NCBI RefSeq assembly: GCF_006345805.1
Contig: NW_021833973.1
Span: 1-52,094 of the forward strand
Length of the DNA stretch: 52,094 bases
Reading direction: 5' to 3'
DNA from: Octopus sinensis
Taxonomy: Eukaryota
Part shown: positions 10,825 to 22,777 of the stretch, piece by piece
Layout of the letters: the number at the start of each line of letters is the position of its first letter
Position numbering within the stretch: the first letter of the stretch is position 1
Notes under the pieces: generated by a model
Databases searched by the model: none
Seen by the model: the letters and a program-made list of their open reading frames with translations, nothing else
What the model was told of the DNA's origin: nothing
Position numbers and translations under genes: made by a program

Positions 10825-10865
<41 letters not shown>

Positions 10866-10990
10866 CTGTCTACATCCCAGTGGACTGCAGTGTTATATCT
10901 AAAAAGCTTCAGGACTTGAAAGAAAGGAACGTAACATGACATTTACCTACACACTGCCGTACACTGACACACACACACACACACACACAC
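9570..10990. repeat. Compound (TA/TG/CA)n satellite containing three units of about 112-117 bp and an inverted duplication
   Basis: GTATACACATGTCTGTATAC recurs at 10061, 10173 and 10290; 9937-10409 mirrors 10603-10859. Confidence 0.85.
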
Positions 10991-11169
10991 GCAGAACACC
11001 AACAACAACACCAACAACAGCAACATTACAGTAGGAGAAAAATCAATTTGTCTCAGCATATTTGTCAGATGTGGCAGGGAGAGAAGGTAAACGGAGCTTT
11101 TTTTTTTGTCTTGTTTTACATTTTATTGTAATTTTTTTTTTGGCTTTCAATTCATAAATAAAATATCTT

Positions 11170-11541
11170 TTCACATAATTATTATTATCATTATGATTAT
11201 TATTATTATTACTATTATTATTATTAGTGCGGTAATTGTTATTGTCTTCACTGCTATTACTATTGTTGTTGTTGTTGATAATTATCATTACTATTATTAT
11301 CATCATCATCATCATTATTATTATTATCATTATCATTATTATCATCATTATTATTATCATTATTATCATCATTATTATTATTATTATTGTCATTATTATA
11401 ATTATTATTATTATTGTCATTATTATTATCATCATCATCATCATTATTATTATCATCATTATTATTATTATTAGTGCAGTTATTGTTATTGTCATCGCTG
11501 GTATTACTATTGTAGCTGTTGTTGTTGATAATTATCATTAC

Positions 11542-11581
<40 letters not shown>

Positions 11582-11850
11582 GGTGGTGAGCTGGCAGAAT
11601 CGTTAGCAGACCAGACAAAAATGCTTAGTGGTACTTTGTTCATCTTTACGTTCTGAGTTCAAATTCCGTCGAGGTCGACTTTGCCTTTCATACTTTCGGG
11701 GTTGATGAGAGAAGCACCAGTGGAATACTGGGGGCCAATGTATTCAACTAGTTCCTTCCTGCCAAATTTCAGACCTTGTGCCTTTAGTAGAAAGGATTAT
11801 TATTATTATTATTATTATTATTATCATTATTATTGTCATTATTATTATTA
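11170..11850. repeat. (ATT/ATC)n trinucleotide tract interrupted by a family B SINE (11580-11797, + strand)
   Basis: Direct reading; SINE head AAGGTGGTGAGCTGGCAGAATCGTTAGC, tail CCTTGTGCCTTTAGTAGAAAGG(ATT)n. Confidence 0.88.
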
Positions 11851-11898
11851 AGGCAGTGGGCTGGCTGAATCGCTAGCTTGCTGGACAGAATGCTTATA

Positions 11899-12002
11899 GG
11901 TCTCTTTTGCCGAACCACTAAGTTACGGGGATGTAAACACACCAATATTGGTTGTCAAGTGATGTTGGGGGGACAAACACACACACACACACACACACAA
12001 AT

Positions 12003-12038
<36 letters not shown>

Positions 12039-12464
12039 TTCTTTACTGCCCACAAGGGGCTAAACATAGAAGGGACGAACAAGGACAGACAAAGGGATGA
12101 AGTCGATTACATCGACCCCAGTGCGTAACTGGTACTTAATTTATCGACCCCGAAAGGATGAAAGGCAAAGTCGACCTCGGCGGATTTTGAACCCAGAACA
12201 CTTAACGGCAGACGAAATATGGCTAAGCATTTCGCCCGGCGTGCTAACGTTTCTGCCAGCTCGCCGCCCTTTATATATATATGATGGGCTTCTTTTATAT
12301 ATATATGACGGGCTTCTTTTCAGTTTCCGTCTACCAAATCCACTCACAAGGCTTTGGTCGGCCCAAGGCTATAGTAGAAAACACTGGCCCAAGGTACCAT
12401 GCAGTGGGAATGAACCCGGAACCATGTGGCTGGGAGGCAAGCTACTTACCACACAGCCACTCCT
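11899..12464 (-). mobile_element. SINE family A interrupted in its linker by a family B copy
   Basis: Tail part 11899-11990, head 12283-12464. Confidence 0.8.
12037..12271 (-). mobile_element. SINE family B, full length; central domain resembles the Meta/MESC domain (from memory)
   Basis: Reverse complement of the 28627-28858 copy; flanked by (TA)n. Two older B-like copies follow at about 12470-12700 and 12715-12920. Confidence 0.88.
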
Positions 12465-13049
12465 ACTAAAGGAGTACCTAACTGGTACTTATTTTATCAC
12501 TGACCCCATTGTTTAACTGGTATCTGTCTTATTGACCCCCCCCCAGTACACAACTGGTACTAATTTTATTGCCTTTGAAAAGATGAAAGGTTAAGCTGAC
12601 CTCAGCTGAATTTGAACTCAGACCATTTTACATGATTGAAATGTTGCTAAGCATTTGGCCAGCGACTAAGGTTTCTGCTTGATCACCATCCTAAAGAATG
12701 AAAAAATACCAGGTTCAAATTTTGGCACAAGGGCTGAAATTTTGGGGAGGGTCTAAATCGATTGCATTGACCCCAGAGATCAACTTGTACCTATTTTATC
12801 ATCCCCATAAAGACAAAAGGTTAAGTTGACCTCAGCTGAGTTTGAACTCGGAACATGATTTGAAATGCTGGTAAGCATGTCGCCCGGCATGCTCACGATT
12901 CTGCCAGCTCGTCACCTTGAAAAGAGTGAAGAATTATTGATGTAGAATTTAGAGAGAGGGTGGAAGAGAGAAATTTTACTGTTGCATGTGTGTGTGTGTG
13001 TGTGTGTGTGTGTATTTGTTTTGCTTTGTCTGTTTCAGCTCAAAGCTGT

Positions 13050-13210
13050 GGCCAACACAGAAGACAGAAATAGGTGGAGGAACAACAACAACAAACGAGA
13101 TGTATTAGTTTGACGTTCAAGGAAAATGGAAAAGTCTTTAACATTTCGAGCTTATGCTCTTCGGCGGAAAGGAATTAGGAAAGAAAACAGAAAGATAGAA
13201 AAAAGATGTG
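13050..13210 (-). mobile_element. Family H element (Penelope-end-like, hammerhead-like fold), diverged
   Basis: Minus strand CCGCCGAAGAGCATAAGCTCGAAATGTTAAAGAC...CTAATACATCT...GTCTTC, homologous to 31549-31700. Confidence 0.7.
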
Positions 13211-14058
13211 TCTAGATTAACAGTTTCACACACACATATATACACACACACACACACACATATATATATACATATATACATGCATACACACATATATATA
13301 CATATATACATGCATACACGCATATTTATGTACACACACACACACATATATATACATGTATAAATGGAAAACCTCTATAAATGGCTGGTGATTGCTCAAC
13401 ATTTTAAAACTGTTGTCTTACTTACAACGTTTAATAAAATGATGTAGCGTGAAACGATCGTACCAAATTACCAAATATATTCTTGTTGCTTATTTTTTAT
13501 TATAATCACCCCATGGATTTATATGGATAACACCATACAAAATTCTGGTGCATCTAACTTAAGTGCCATATTCATTTGAATCTAAATTTTGCTGAACTTA
13601 TATATATACATGTATATACATATATACACACGCTTATATGTACATATATATCATTTATAATCTATCTTAGGCTTTCACATTCATTAGTCAGGAGCTTGGT
13701 CCAATTTCTAAGATATTTACGTGATCTCCGACCCACTCGTGCCCCCCCCCCCAAATTGATAATCCAATTTGTCGAAGGGTTAACTCAAATGTGCTGCACA
13801 AGATACTCACCCCCCCTCCTCTTAGCTCTTATCCCACCCGAAAAATACCCCAGTTTGCTTTAGGTTTAACCCTCATCTCCAGCTTGTACTTATTTTCAGG
13901 CAAAAGACTGGAGCAGCGTGACATGAAAAGCCTTGCTCAAGGACAAACTGCACTTTATGGTCTGAGAAATCAATAATAAATATAATATATTAAATATAAT
14001 AATATATTATTATATATCACACACACATTCCTATTTTTTTCTTCCAAACACGTACAAA

Positions 14059-14091
<33 letters not shown>

Positions 14092-14159
14092 TACATACCT
14101 CGATTCCAACATACACACACGTACGCATTCCTCCTTTTTCTTTCAACACGTAGAAAATA

Positions 14160-14286
14160 TATATATATATATATATATACATACATACGCACATACCTCG
14201 CTTGCAACACACACACTCACACACACATATAAACATCCACCTCTTTTCTCTCTCTCTCTCTCTCAAAACATACATACATATTTATT

Positions 14287-14332
<46 letters not shown>

Positions 14333-14413
14333 CGTGTGTGTGTGTGTGTGTATTGAAGGAGAGAAGAATAGACATATAAATTTGTGCATGTATATGTGTG
14401 TTTATTGAAGTGT

Positions 14414-14444
<31 letters not shown>

Positions 14445-14888
14445 TATAAAGATACATACAGTGTGTGACTGATATTCAAATTATGAGGCGATGCAGTGTG
14501 TGTGTGTGTGTGTGTGTGCGTATCAGCATAAAGAGTGTCTATATAAATATGTGTGTGTACCTAAACATGCAAAGCGTGTGTGTGTGTGTGTGCGTATTCC
14601 TCTGCAATTATATATGCAAGGTGTGTGTTTATATATTTATGGAGTGTGTGTGTGTGTGTATTTGTACATGTTTGCGTGTGGTTGTCTATATATGTATAAA
14701 TATGTATGTGAGTAGGTATATAGAGTGTGTGTATCTGTGAAACTTTGTCTCTCTCTCTATATGTGTATGTGTGTGTATTTGTGCCAGTCTGTGTGTGGTT
14801 CCCTATATATGTTTATATAAATAAGTCTGTGTATGTGCGTAGGTATATAGAGTGTGTGTATATGTAAAAATGTGCAAGTCTCTTTTTC

Positions 14889-14922
<34 letters not shown>

Positions 14923-15230
14923 CGTGCCTGTGCCTGTGTGTGTGTGTGTTATTGTGTATGAATACATATGTGAGGAATGTGCTTATGTATATGTGTGTGT
15001 GTATGTCAGTATGTGTAAAGTGTGTGTGCGTGTTGATATATGTGTGTGTGTGCGTGTGTGTGTTGATGTCAGGAGTCTGCATATGTCCATCATGAATAAA
15101 AGCCAGCTTATCAACCAATATCGATTATATTGGGTACGGGGTGGGGTGGACGGGTGGTGTATATCACACACACACACATATATATACATATACTCACACC
15201 TATACACACATGTATATACACACAGATGTA
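14160..15230. repeat. Compound (TA/CA/TG)n microsatellite field
   Basis: Direct reading. Confidence 0.85.
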
Positions 15231-15289
15231 CAGCTTGGGGCTGGGCGAAAGTGGGGTGCCTTGATTTTGATGTTAGTGATGGTGCATTG

Positions 15290-15858
15290 ATGCTGCTGGT
15301 AGTAGTGGTGATGGTGGCGCTGATGGTGGGTGGTGGTGGTTGGTGTTGATGGTTGTGATGGTGGTGGTGGTAGTGGTGGTTTGTGATGGTGGTGGTGTTG
15401 ATGGTGGTGATGGTGGTGGTGGTGGTGATGGTGGTGGTGGTGATGGTGGTGATGGTGGTGGTGGTGATGGTAGTGGTTTGTGATGGTGGTGGTTTGTGAT
15501 GGTCGTGGTGGTGATGGTGGTGGTGTTGATGGTAGTGGTGGTGGAGGTGATGGTCGTGGTGGTGATGGTAGTAGTGGGTGATGCTGCTGATGAAAATGGT
15601 GGTGTTCATGGTACAGGCGATGGTTTTGAAAGTAGTGGTGGTGGTGATGGTGTTGATGGTAGTGGTGACAGTTTTTGGTGTTGCATTGATGGTGGTAGAG
15701 GTGGTAGTGGTGATAATACTGGCGACAGTAGTGATTGAGGTGGTAGTGGTGGTAGTAGCGGCAGTTGTGGTGGTGGTGATAGCAGTAGTGGTGGTGGTGG
15801 TGGTGGTGATGGTGGTGGTGGTGATGGTGGTGGTGATGGTGGTGGTGGTGGTGGTGTA
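15290..15858. repeat. (GGT/GAT)n trinucleotide tract
   Basis: Direct reading. Confidence 0.92.
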
Positions 15859-15980
15859 GACTACAGCAATAGAAGTGGCAAAGTTTACTCCCCCCACCTA
15901 CCCAGGTCTATCTTGACTGTGTAGAACTGCAATTAAAGACGTTCCCTCCATGACCATCCCTGCCTTTGTGATATATTTAG

Positions 15981-16057
15981 CGCTGCGTCACGGTGCGAGT
16001 GGAAACAAGGGGATACCTGCTATACACAGGTATGCCATATGGAGTAAGAAAACACAG
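15981..16057 (+). other. Candidate small exon (49 or 77 nt)
   Basis: Acceptor ATATATTTAG| at 15980, donors CAG|GTATGC at 16029 and CAG|GTGAGA at 16057; unique, CpG-containing sequence; no homology recognised. Confidence 0.2.
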
Positions 16058-16249
16058 GTGAGAGATGAATGGACGAACAGACAGATGGTGGTAGTGGTGG
16101 TGGGAGGGAGTGGGTTTTGGGAGGGTGATGGCGTGAGGTGTTGTTGGGGTGGTGGTGCTGGTGGTGGTGCAGAATAGGGTGGTGTTGTCATTACAGTAGG
16201 AATTGAAGATGTGACACTGGGTAATAAAGACAAAAAACACCACATATAT

Positions 16250-16520
16250 ATACAAACACACACAATACACATATATATAAACATACACACACATACACAT
16301 ATCTATAAACATACACACACATACACATATATATAAACATACACACACATACACATATATATAAACATACACACACATACACATATCTATAAACATACAC
16401 ACACATACACATATATATATGAACATACACACACATACACATATATATAAACATACACACACATACACATATATATAAACATACACACACACACATACAC
16501 ATATTTATACACATACACAC
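16250..16520. repeat. Minisatellite of about 28 bp (ACATACACACACATACACATATATATAA)
   Basis: Direct reading. Confidence 0.8.
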
Positions 16521-16756
16521 AGGGTGACAGGTACAGATACACACACACACACACACTATATATATATATATATATTATATACATCCAACCATGTACATGC
16601 AGCTGTATGCACACGCATACTTATATACACCTACTCACACACACCTACAGACATCCAAGATATATATACACACACACACACACCACCTAAGACCTACTCA
16701 AATACACCCACGGACATACAGATATAGAGATACACACACACCTACACACATACACC

Positions 16757-16809
<53 letters not shown>

Positions 16810-17154
16810 CCACACAGGTTTTTCGATGTGCAAAATACACACACATATATACATACATGCTGCTAGATACATACAGATATACAGATACATACACACCTAC
16901 ACAGGTATAACACACACACGCACACACACACACATATATATATATATATACACCCATACATACATGCAGCCAGGTACATACCTATATACGTACACACACC
17001 CACACAAATATACACACACGGAAATACGTAAACGTTACCCAGGCGACCTCTCTCTCTCTCCCACACGCACACACACACATGCACTCATATACATGTGCAT
17101 ATGCACACATGTGCACAACAGCGAGCATGCCTAGGTGTATGCGTGCATCTACTG

Positions 17155-17870
17155 CAGTGATGTTGGCATTGGTGATGACGACAATGATGATGGTGATAGC
17201 AGCTGTGGTGGTGGTGATGGTGGTGGTGGTGGCGATGTTAATGGTGGTGGTGATGGTGGCGATGTTAATGGTGGTGGTGGAGGTGGTGATGAGGTTAATG
17301 ATGGTGGTGGTGATGGCGATGTTAATGGTGGTGGTGATGAGGTTAATGATGGTGGTGATGATGGTGGTGGTGATGGTGGTGGTGATGGCGATGTTAATGG
17401 TGGTGGTGGTGGTGGTGGTGGAGGTGGTGATGATGGTGGTGGTGATGGCGATGTTAATGGTGGTGGTGGTGGTGGAGGTGGTGGCGAGGTTAATGATGGT
17501 AGTGATGATGGTGGTGGTGGTGATGGCGATGTTAATGGTGGTGGTGGAGGTGGTGATGAGGTTAATGGTGGTGGTGGTGATGGCGATGTTAATGGTGGTA
17601 GTGATGATGGTGGTGGTGGTGTGGTTGATGTGATCGGTGGTGGTCATGATGATGATGATGATGGTGATAGTGGTGGAGGTGGCGTTGTTATTAGTGGTGG
17701 TGGTGGTGGTGCCACTGCTGCTGGTGTTGATTGCAATGGTGGTTGGAATGGTAGTGATGATGGTGGTCGGCATGCTGGTGGTGATGGATGGTGGTTGTAG
17801 TGGTGGCGATGATGGCAGTGGTGGTGGTGATGCCAATCTTGATGGTGGTGGTGGTGATGGCCACGGTGAC
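17155..17870. repeat. (GGT/GAT)n tract with higher-order GATGGCGATGTTAATGGTGGT and GATGAGGTTAAT units
   Basis: Direct reading. Confidence 0.9.
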
Positions 17871-18084
17871 GTGGGGGGGGGGATGGTTAGATGAGAAAGG
17901 GAGAGAAAGTGGACAGTTTTTCTGTAAATATGGTGCAAAGAGCCAAAAAAAGGGGGGACAGGGGGAATTGTTTACGCAGCATCGTGGGATGGTGGTGGGG
18001 GTGCAGGCATTATCACCATCATCATCATCATACAATCATCACCATCATCGTCAACATCATCGGCTGTGAATGAACTAATACAAA

Positions 18085-18760
18085 TGGAAGCCTCTACGTG
18101 GTCGGTCACTCAACACTGCTAGAAACAGCAGCCAAAATCCCCTTCACACCACACCACACCACACAACACCACCCTATTATACCCTGAATACCTGCCCAGA
18201 GGATAACATAGCCTCTGGGTGGTGCTGGTGGGGACTGGAGCATTCCACTAGAAGACCGAGATAACATGGTGATCACAGCTGGACTGCCCTAGTGATCATC
18301 AAAGATGCTGACTGACCGAGGGTTAAACAGCCTCGCTATCATCACACTATCATTATCATCATCATCATCAACAGCATTAGAAGACAAGATGGCATTGTGG
18401 TCACAGCTGGACTACTCTAGTGATCATCACAGAGGTTAACTAGCCTAGGGTTAAAGAGGTTCGCTATCATCAACAGTATTGTAATTGAGCTGAATGAAAG
18501 AGCCTCTATGTGGTCTCTCAACATGCTAGAAATAACTACCATGTCCTTCTCAAACGACAACATTACAGTCTTAGATAAAAAGCAAGAAAGTGGACACATA
18601 CGGTAATGTAGCCCTAGGCAGACCATGCCTAAACATACTATGGACAAATGACGGGAAGGTCACAGCTGGAACGTCTTTAATCACAGCCTGCAGAGTCCTG
18701 TAGTGTCTGGCCTAGCCCAGGGCTAAACAGCAACAACAATAACAATAGCAACATCAGCAA
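18085..18760 (+). mobile_element. Cluster of diverged family E copies (SINE-like, (CAA)n tail)
   Basis: GAAGCCTCTA(C/T)GTGGTC...TGCTAGAAA...GTCACAGCTGGA...GGG(C/T)TAAACAGC. Confidence 0.6.
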
Positions 18761-18789
18761 CGGTAGCGCTGGCCTTGTTCCAAAATTTG

Positions 18790-18988
18790 AAACCATTATT
18801 ATTATCATTATTATTATCAATTATTATTATTATTATCATTATTATTATCAATTATTATTATTATTATCATTATTATTATCATTATTATTATCATTATCAT
18901 TATCATTATTATCGATATTATTATTATTATCATCATTATTATTATCATTATATTATTATTATTATTATCATCATCATTATTATTATCA

Positions 18989-19020
<32 letters not shown>

Positions 19021-19085
19021 CATTATTATTATTAATATTATTATCATTATTATTATTATTATCAATTATCATTATTATTATTATT
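18790..19085. repeat. (ATT/ATC)n tract
   Basis: Direct reading. Confidence 0.92.
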
Positions 19086-19569
19086 ATACCAGTCAAATAC
19101 TAGGCTTGATGGCATCGAATAACATCTTCCCCCCTAACAAAAAATAAAATTGCTGGGCTTGCTCCAAAATTTGAAAATATCACCATCACCACCATCATCA
19201 CCATCACCATCATCATCATCACCATTATTATTATTATTATTGCTGTTGTTATTGTTCATGCTATCGGATACCGTGTATGGCTTGTATCACATTTTTCCAT
19301 ATTTCCATGTATTTCCATTCCTCTCTCTCTGTCTTTTATGTAAATTCCCCTCCCCACAAATTCTTGCCTATTCTTACAATGTCCCCCTCATTTATGCCCC
19401 TCAGCCTAATAAATAGAAATTATTATCATTATTATTATTACTATTATTATACTATTATTATTATTATCATTATCGTTATCGGCATTAATCGTAGCAGTAG
19501 TTGTAGTAGTAGTAGTAAACATTTTTTTACTATCATTAAACATTATTATTGTTGCTGTTAAATCCTTAA

Positions 19570-19613
19570 AAATGTTTCAGCCCGAAGGCTGCGGCCATGC
19601 TGGGGCACCACTG
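19570..19613 (-). mobile_element. Very short CR1-type 3' tip
   Basis: Minus strand GGTGCCCCAGCATGGCCGCAGCCTTCGGGCTGAAACATTTTTAAGGATT; sister copy at 46913-46970 (+). Confidence 0.7.
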
Positions 19614-19769
19614 TTGTTAAACATTATTATTGTTGTTGTTGTGGTTGCTATTATTATTATTATTATTATTAATTATTATTATTATCAAACCGTTATCATT
19701 GTCATCACATCTCCTCCGCCTCCTCGTCGTTCTTGTTATCAAACAGCTTCATCAGACAGGCTTTGTTGT

Positions 19770-20395
19770 CACAGTCAAACATCAACATCATTTGTATCAT
19801 CAACATCATCATCATCATCATCATCATCGCTATAAACAACATCATCATCATCACTGCCATCATCATCAACATCACTATCAACAGCATCAACACCATCATC
19901 ACAATAAACATCAACATCATCGTCATTGTCACCATCATCATCACCAACATCACCATCATCATCTCCATCATCATCATCATCAATCATCATCATCAGCATC
20001 ATCATTACCATCATCATCACCAACATCACCATCATCTCCATCATCATCATCACAGTCACCATCATCATCATCACCATCACCAACATCATCATCATCATCA
20101 CCATCATCATAATCATCATCACCAACATCATCATCATCATCACCATCACCACCATCATCACCACCATCATCACCATCATCATCATCACCATCATCATCAC
20201 CAACATCATCATCATCACCAACATCACCATCATCATCTCCATCATCATCACTATCACCATCACTAACAACATCATCACCATCATCATCATCATCATCAGT
20301 ATCCAACACTATCATCACAACCACAACAACAATCATCATTGTAAACACGACCATCATCAACATCATCATCACCAACATCAACAACAACAACATTA
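19770..20395. repeat. (CAT/CAC/CAA)n trinucleotide tract
   Basis: Direct reading. Confidence 0.92.
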
Positions 20396-20399
20396 TTAA

Positions 20400-21560
20400 A
20401 CGTCTAACCTCGACACAGGTGTAACAACCGTCTGTTTAGCTGAAACCAACGGAGCGGAACGGATGCAGCAGCAGCAGCAACAGTCACGGCAACGACCACA
20501 GCAGCAGCGACGTCGACTGCAATAACAGCAACATCTTTCTCATAGCACAGCGGCAAAAACTGTGGAGTGGCAGGCGGCGGGGAGAGGAGTGCGATGGGGG
20601 TGGGTAGAGGGGAGGAGGAGGCGGGGTGTCGGTGGCGTTGCTGGAGTGGTGGAGGCGGTGGTGCGCTTCCTTCACCATCGCAAAGAAGCAGCGCACGTCG
20701 CTAGCTCCGTTGTTGTTGTCGTCTTTCCGCTTGCTCTTAGTGTTTACTACTGCCATCTGCGAGAAACGCTTCATCGAACGGACTCGGCTCGGCTCGACTC
20801 GGCTCCCTCGCATCGCCTCGCATCGCCTCGCCTCGCCTTGCCTTGCCGCTGCCGGCAAGAGGAGGAGGAGGAAGAGGAGGAAGAAAAAGAAGAGGAGGAG
20901 GAGGAAGAAGAGGGATGAAGAAAGGAGGAGGAGGAGGAGTGATAGTGATGGTGGTGGTGGTGAGAGGAAGCTGCTGGGCAGAAGGAGGAGGAAGAAAGAA
21001 GAAGAGGAGGGAGAAGGGAAGGAGGAAGAAGAGGGATGAGGAAAGAGGAGAAGGAGGAGGAGGAGGAAGAAAAAGGAGAAGAGGAAGAAGGGGAATGAGG
21101 AAAGAGGAGGAGGAGGAAGAAAAAGAAGAGGGATGAGGAAAGAGGAGGAGGAGGAGGAAGAAAAAGAAGAAGATGAGGAGGGAGAAGGGAAGGAGGAAGA
21201 AGAAGGATGAGGAAAGAGGATGAGGAGGAAGAAAAAGAAGAAGAGGAGGGAGAAGGGAAGGAGGAAGAAGAGGGATGAGGAAAGAGGAGGAGGAGGAGGA
21301 GTGATAGTGATGATGGTGGTGGTGGTGGTGGGAGGAAGCTGCTGGGTAGGAGGAGGAGGAGGGGGAGGGGAGGAGGAAGAATTCTGCCAGTGAAGTTCCG
21401 TTGACGACAGACACATGCAGTAAAGTAAGCAAGGACCTGGGAAACGATGGAAGACGATTCCGATTGGTGGACAGTTGGCCACCCCGGCCCGGCAGCGGCG
21501 GCGGGTGTCGGAGTGGGGGTCATGTGACCTGTTGTGACGTGTGTTGGTGTCGTCGTCGTC
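20400..21560. promoter_or_regulatory. CpG-rich unique island split by a purine tract; candidate promoter or first exon
   Basis: CpG visibly dense at 20400-20850 and 21380-21560; ATTGG 21463-21467, GGCGGG 21500-21505, GGTCATGTGACC 21518-21529, TGACGT 21535-21540; 96-codon minus-strand ORF 20774-20484. Confidence 0.35.
20850..21380. repeat. Near-pure polypurine (GAG/GAA) tract with duplicated sub-blocks
   Basis: GAGTGATAGTGATG...GAGGAAGCTGCTGGG occurs at about 20938 and 21299. Confidence 0.9.
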
Positions 21561-21574
21561 ATAGTTGTTGTTGT

Positions 21575-21711
21575 TGATGTTGTTGATGTTTTAGCCACGG
21601 GGTCATCTCTGATCAAGCTGACCCCGTGACCAAAGTCATTCCAGCTGAGGCCACCACCCCTGGTTTAAGTGTATCTAGGACTACATTACCTTAATGTGTA
21701 ATGTAAAGAAA

Positions 21712-21748
<37 letters not shown>

Positions 21749-22040
21749 GTGTGCGTGTGTGTGTTCATGTGTGTGTATGTGTGTGTGTGTGTGTGCGCAT
21801 GTGTGTGTGTGTGTGTGTGTGGCTTGAGGAAGATTTGGCTGCTATTACTAACATGTTTATGCTGTTGTTGTTTAGCCCCAGGTCAGCCTCTTTCGAGTAT
21901 AAGTATGGTCAAAGATGCACCAGCTGTGACCATCCTGCCTTTTATTCAGACATAGTGTACCTAGGACTACAGTATCTAATGTGTTCTTCCTTGATGTTGT
22001 TGTTTAACCCTAGGTCAGTCCTGAACATCCAACAGAGATA
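21575..22040 (-). mobile_element. Diverged family E copies
   Basis: Reverse complements of the GTAGTCCTAG(A/G)TACACT...GATCAG...GACC.GGGG.TAAACAAC motif at 21575-21710 and 21820-22040. Confidence 0.65.
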
Positions 22041-22235
22041 TGATCAAAGACGTGTGTGTATGTGCACAATTGCATATGCGTGTACATGTGCAACTGTGCA
22101 TGTGTGTGTATTTGTGCAATTGTGTGTGTGTACATGTGTGTATGGATGTGTATGTACCTTTCGTTAAGAAGTATCAGCAATAAAGAGCAAAAAAACAATA
22201 AACTTAAACAAACAAAACAAAATAAATTTTTTTTT

Positions 22236-22373
22236 TTTACTTGTTTCAGCCATTTGACTGCGGCCATGCTGGAGCACCGCCTTTAATCGAGGAACTCGAC
22301 TCCAGGACTTATTCTTTTGTAAGCCCAGCACTGAACCCGGAATCATGTGGTTCCACACAGCCATTCCTGTGCC
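22236..22373 (-). mobile_element. SINE family A, internally deleted (tail end fused to head start)
   Basis: Junction TGTAAGCCCAG|CACTGAACCCGG. Confidence 0.75.
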
Positions 22374-22380
22374 TGTATAT

Positions 22381-22777
22381 ACTCTCTTTACTCTGTTTCA
22401 GGCATTTCACTGCGGCCATGCTGCAGCACCGCCTTTAATCGAGCAACTCGACCCCGGGACTTATTCTTTTGTAAGCCCAGTACTTATTCTATCAGTCTCT
22501 TTTGCCGAACCGCTAAGTTACAGGGATGTAAAGACACCAGCATCAGTTGTCAAGCAATGCTAGGGGGACAAACAGACACACAAACACACACACACATACA
22601 TATATATACATATACATATATACGACACACTTCCTTCAGTTTCCGTCTACCAAATCCACTCACAAGGCTTTGGTCGGCCCGAGGCTATAGCAGAAGACAC
22701 TTGCCCAAGGTGCCACGCAGTGGGACTGAACCCGGAACCATGTGGTTGGTTAGCAAGCTACTTACCACACAGCCACT
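22381..22777 (-). mobile_element. SINE family A, near full length
   Basis: As 6085-6499. Confidence 0.9.

Noticed and set aside
20426-20486. Idea that the in-frame TGA and TAA after ...LLLWSLP are read through by selenocysteine or A-to-I editing to give a signal peptide
   Set aside because: It needs two stops recoded, I see no SECIS or editing evidence, and the frame then runs into a trinucleotide tract
21447-21473. MEDDSDWWT, SH3-like motif
   Set aside because: The flanking SH3 motifs (ALYDY, G.FP.NYV) are absent and the frame stops after 26 codons
20771-21616. 281-aa ORF MIRDDPVAKTSTT... with a mucin-like start
   Set aside because: Its start is the reverse complement of a family E tail with (CAA)n, and most of the rest is the purine tract
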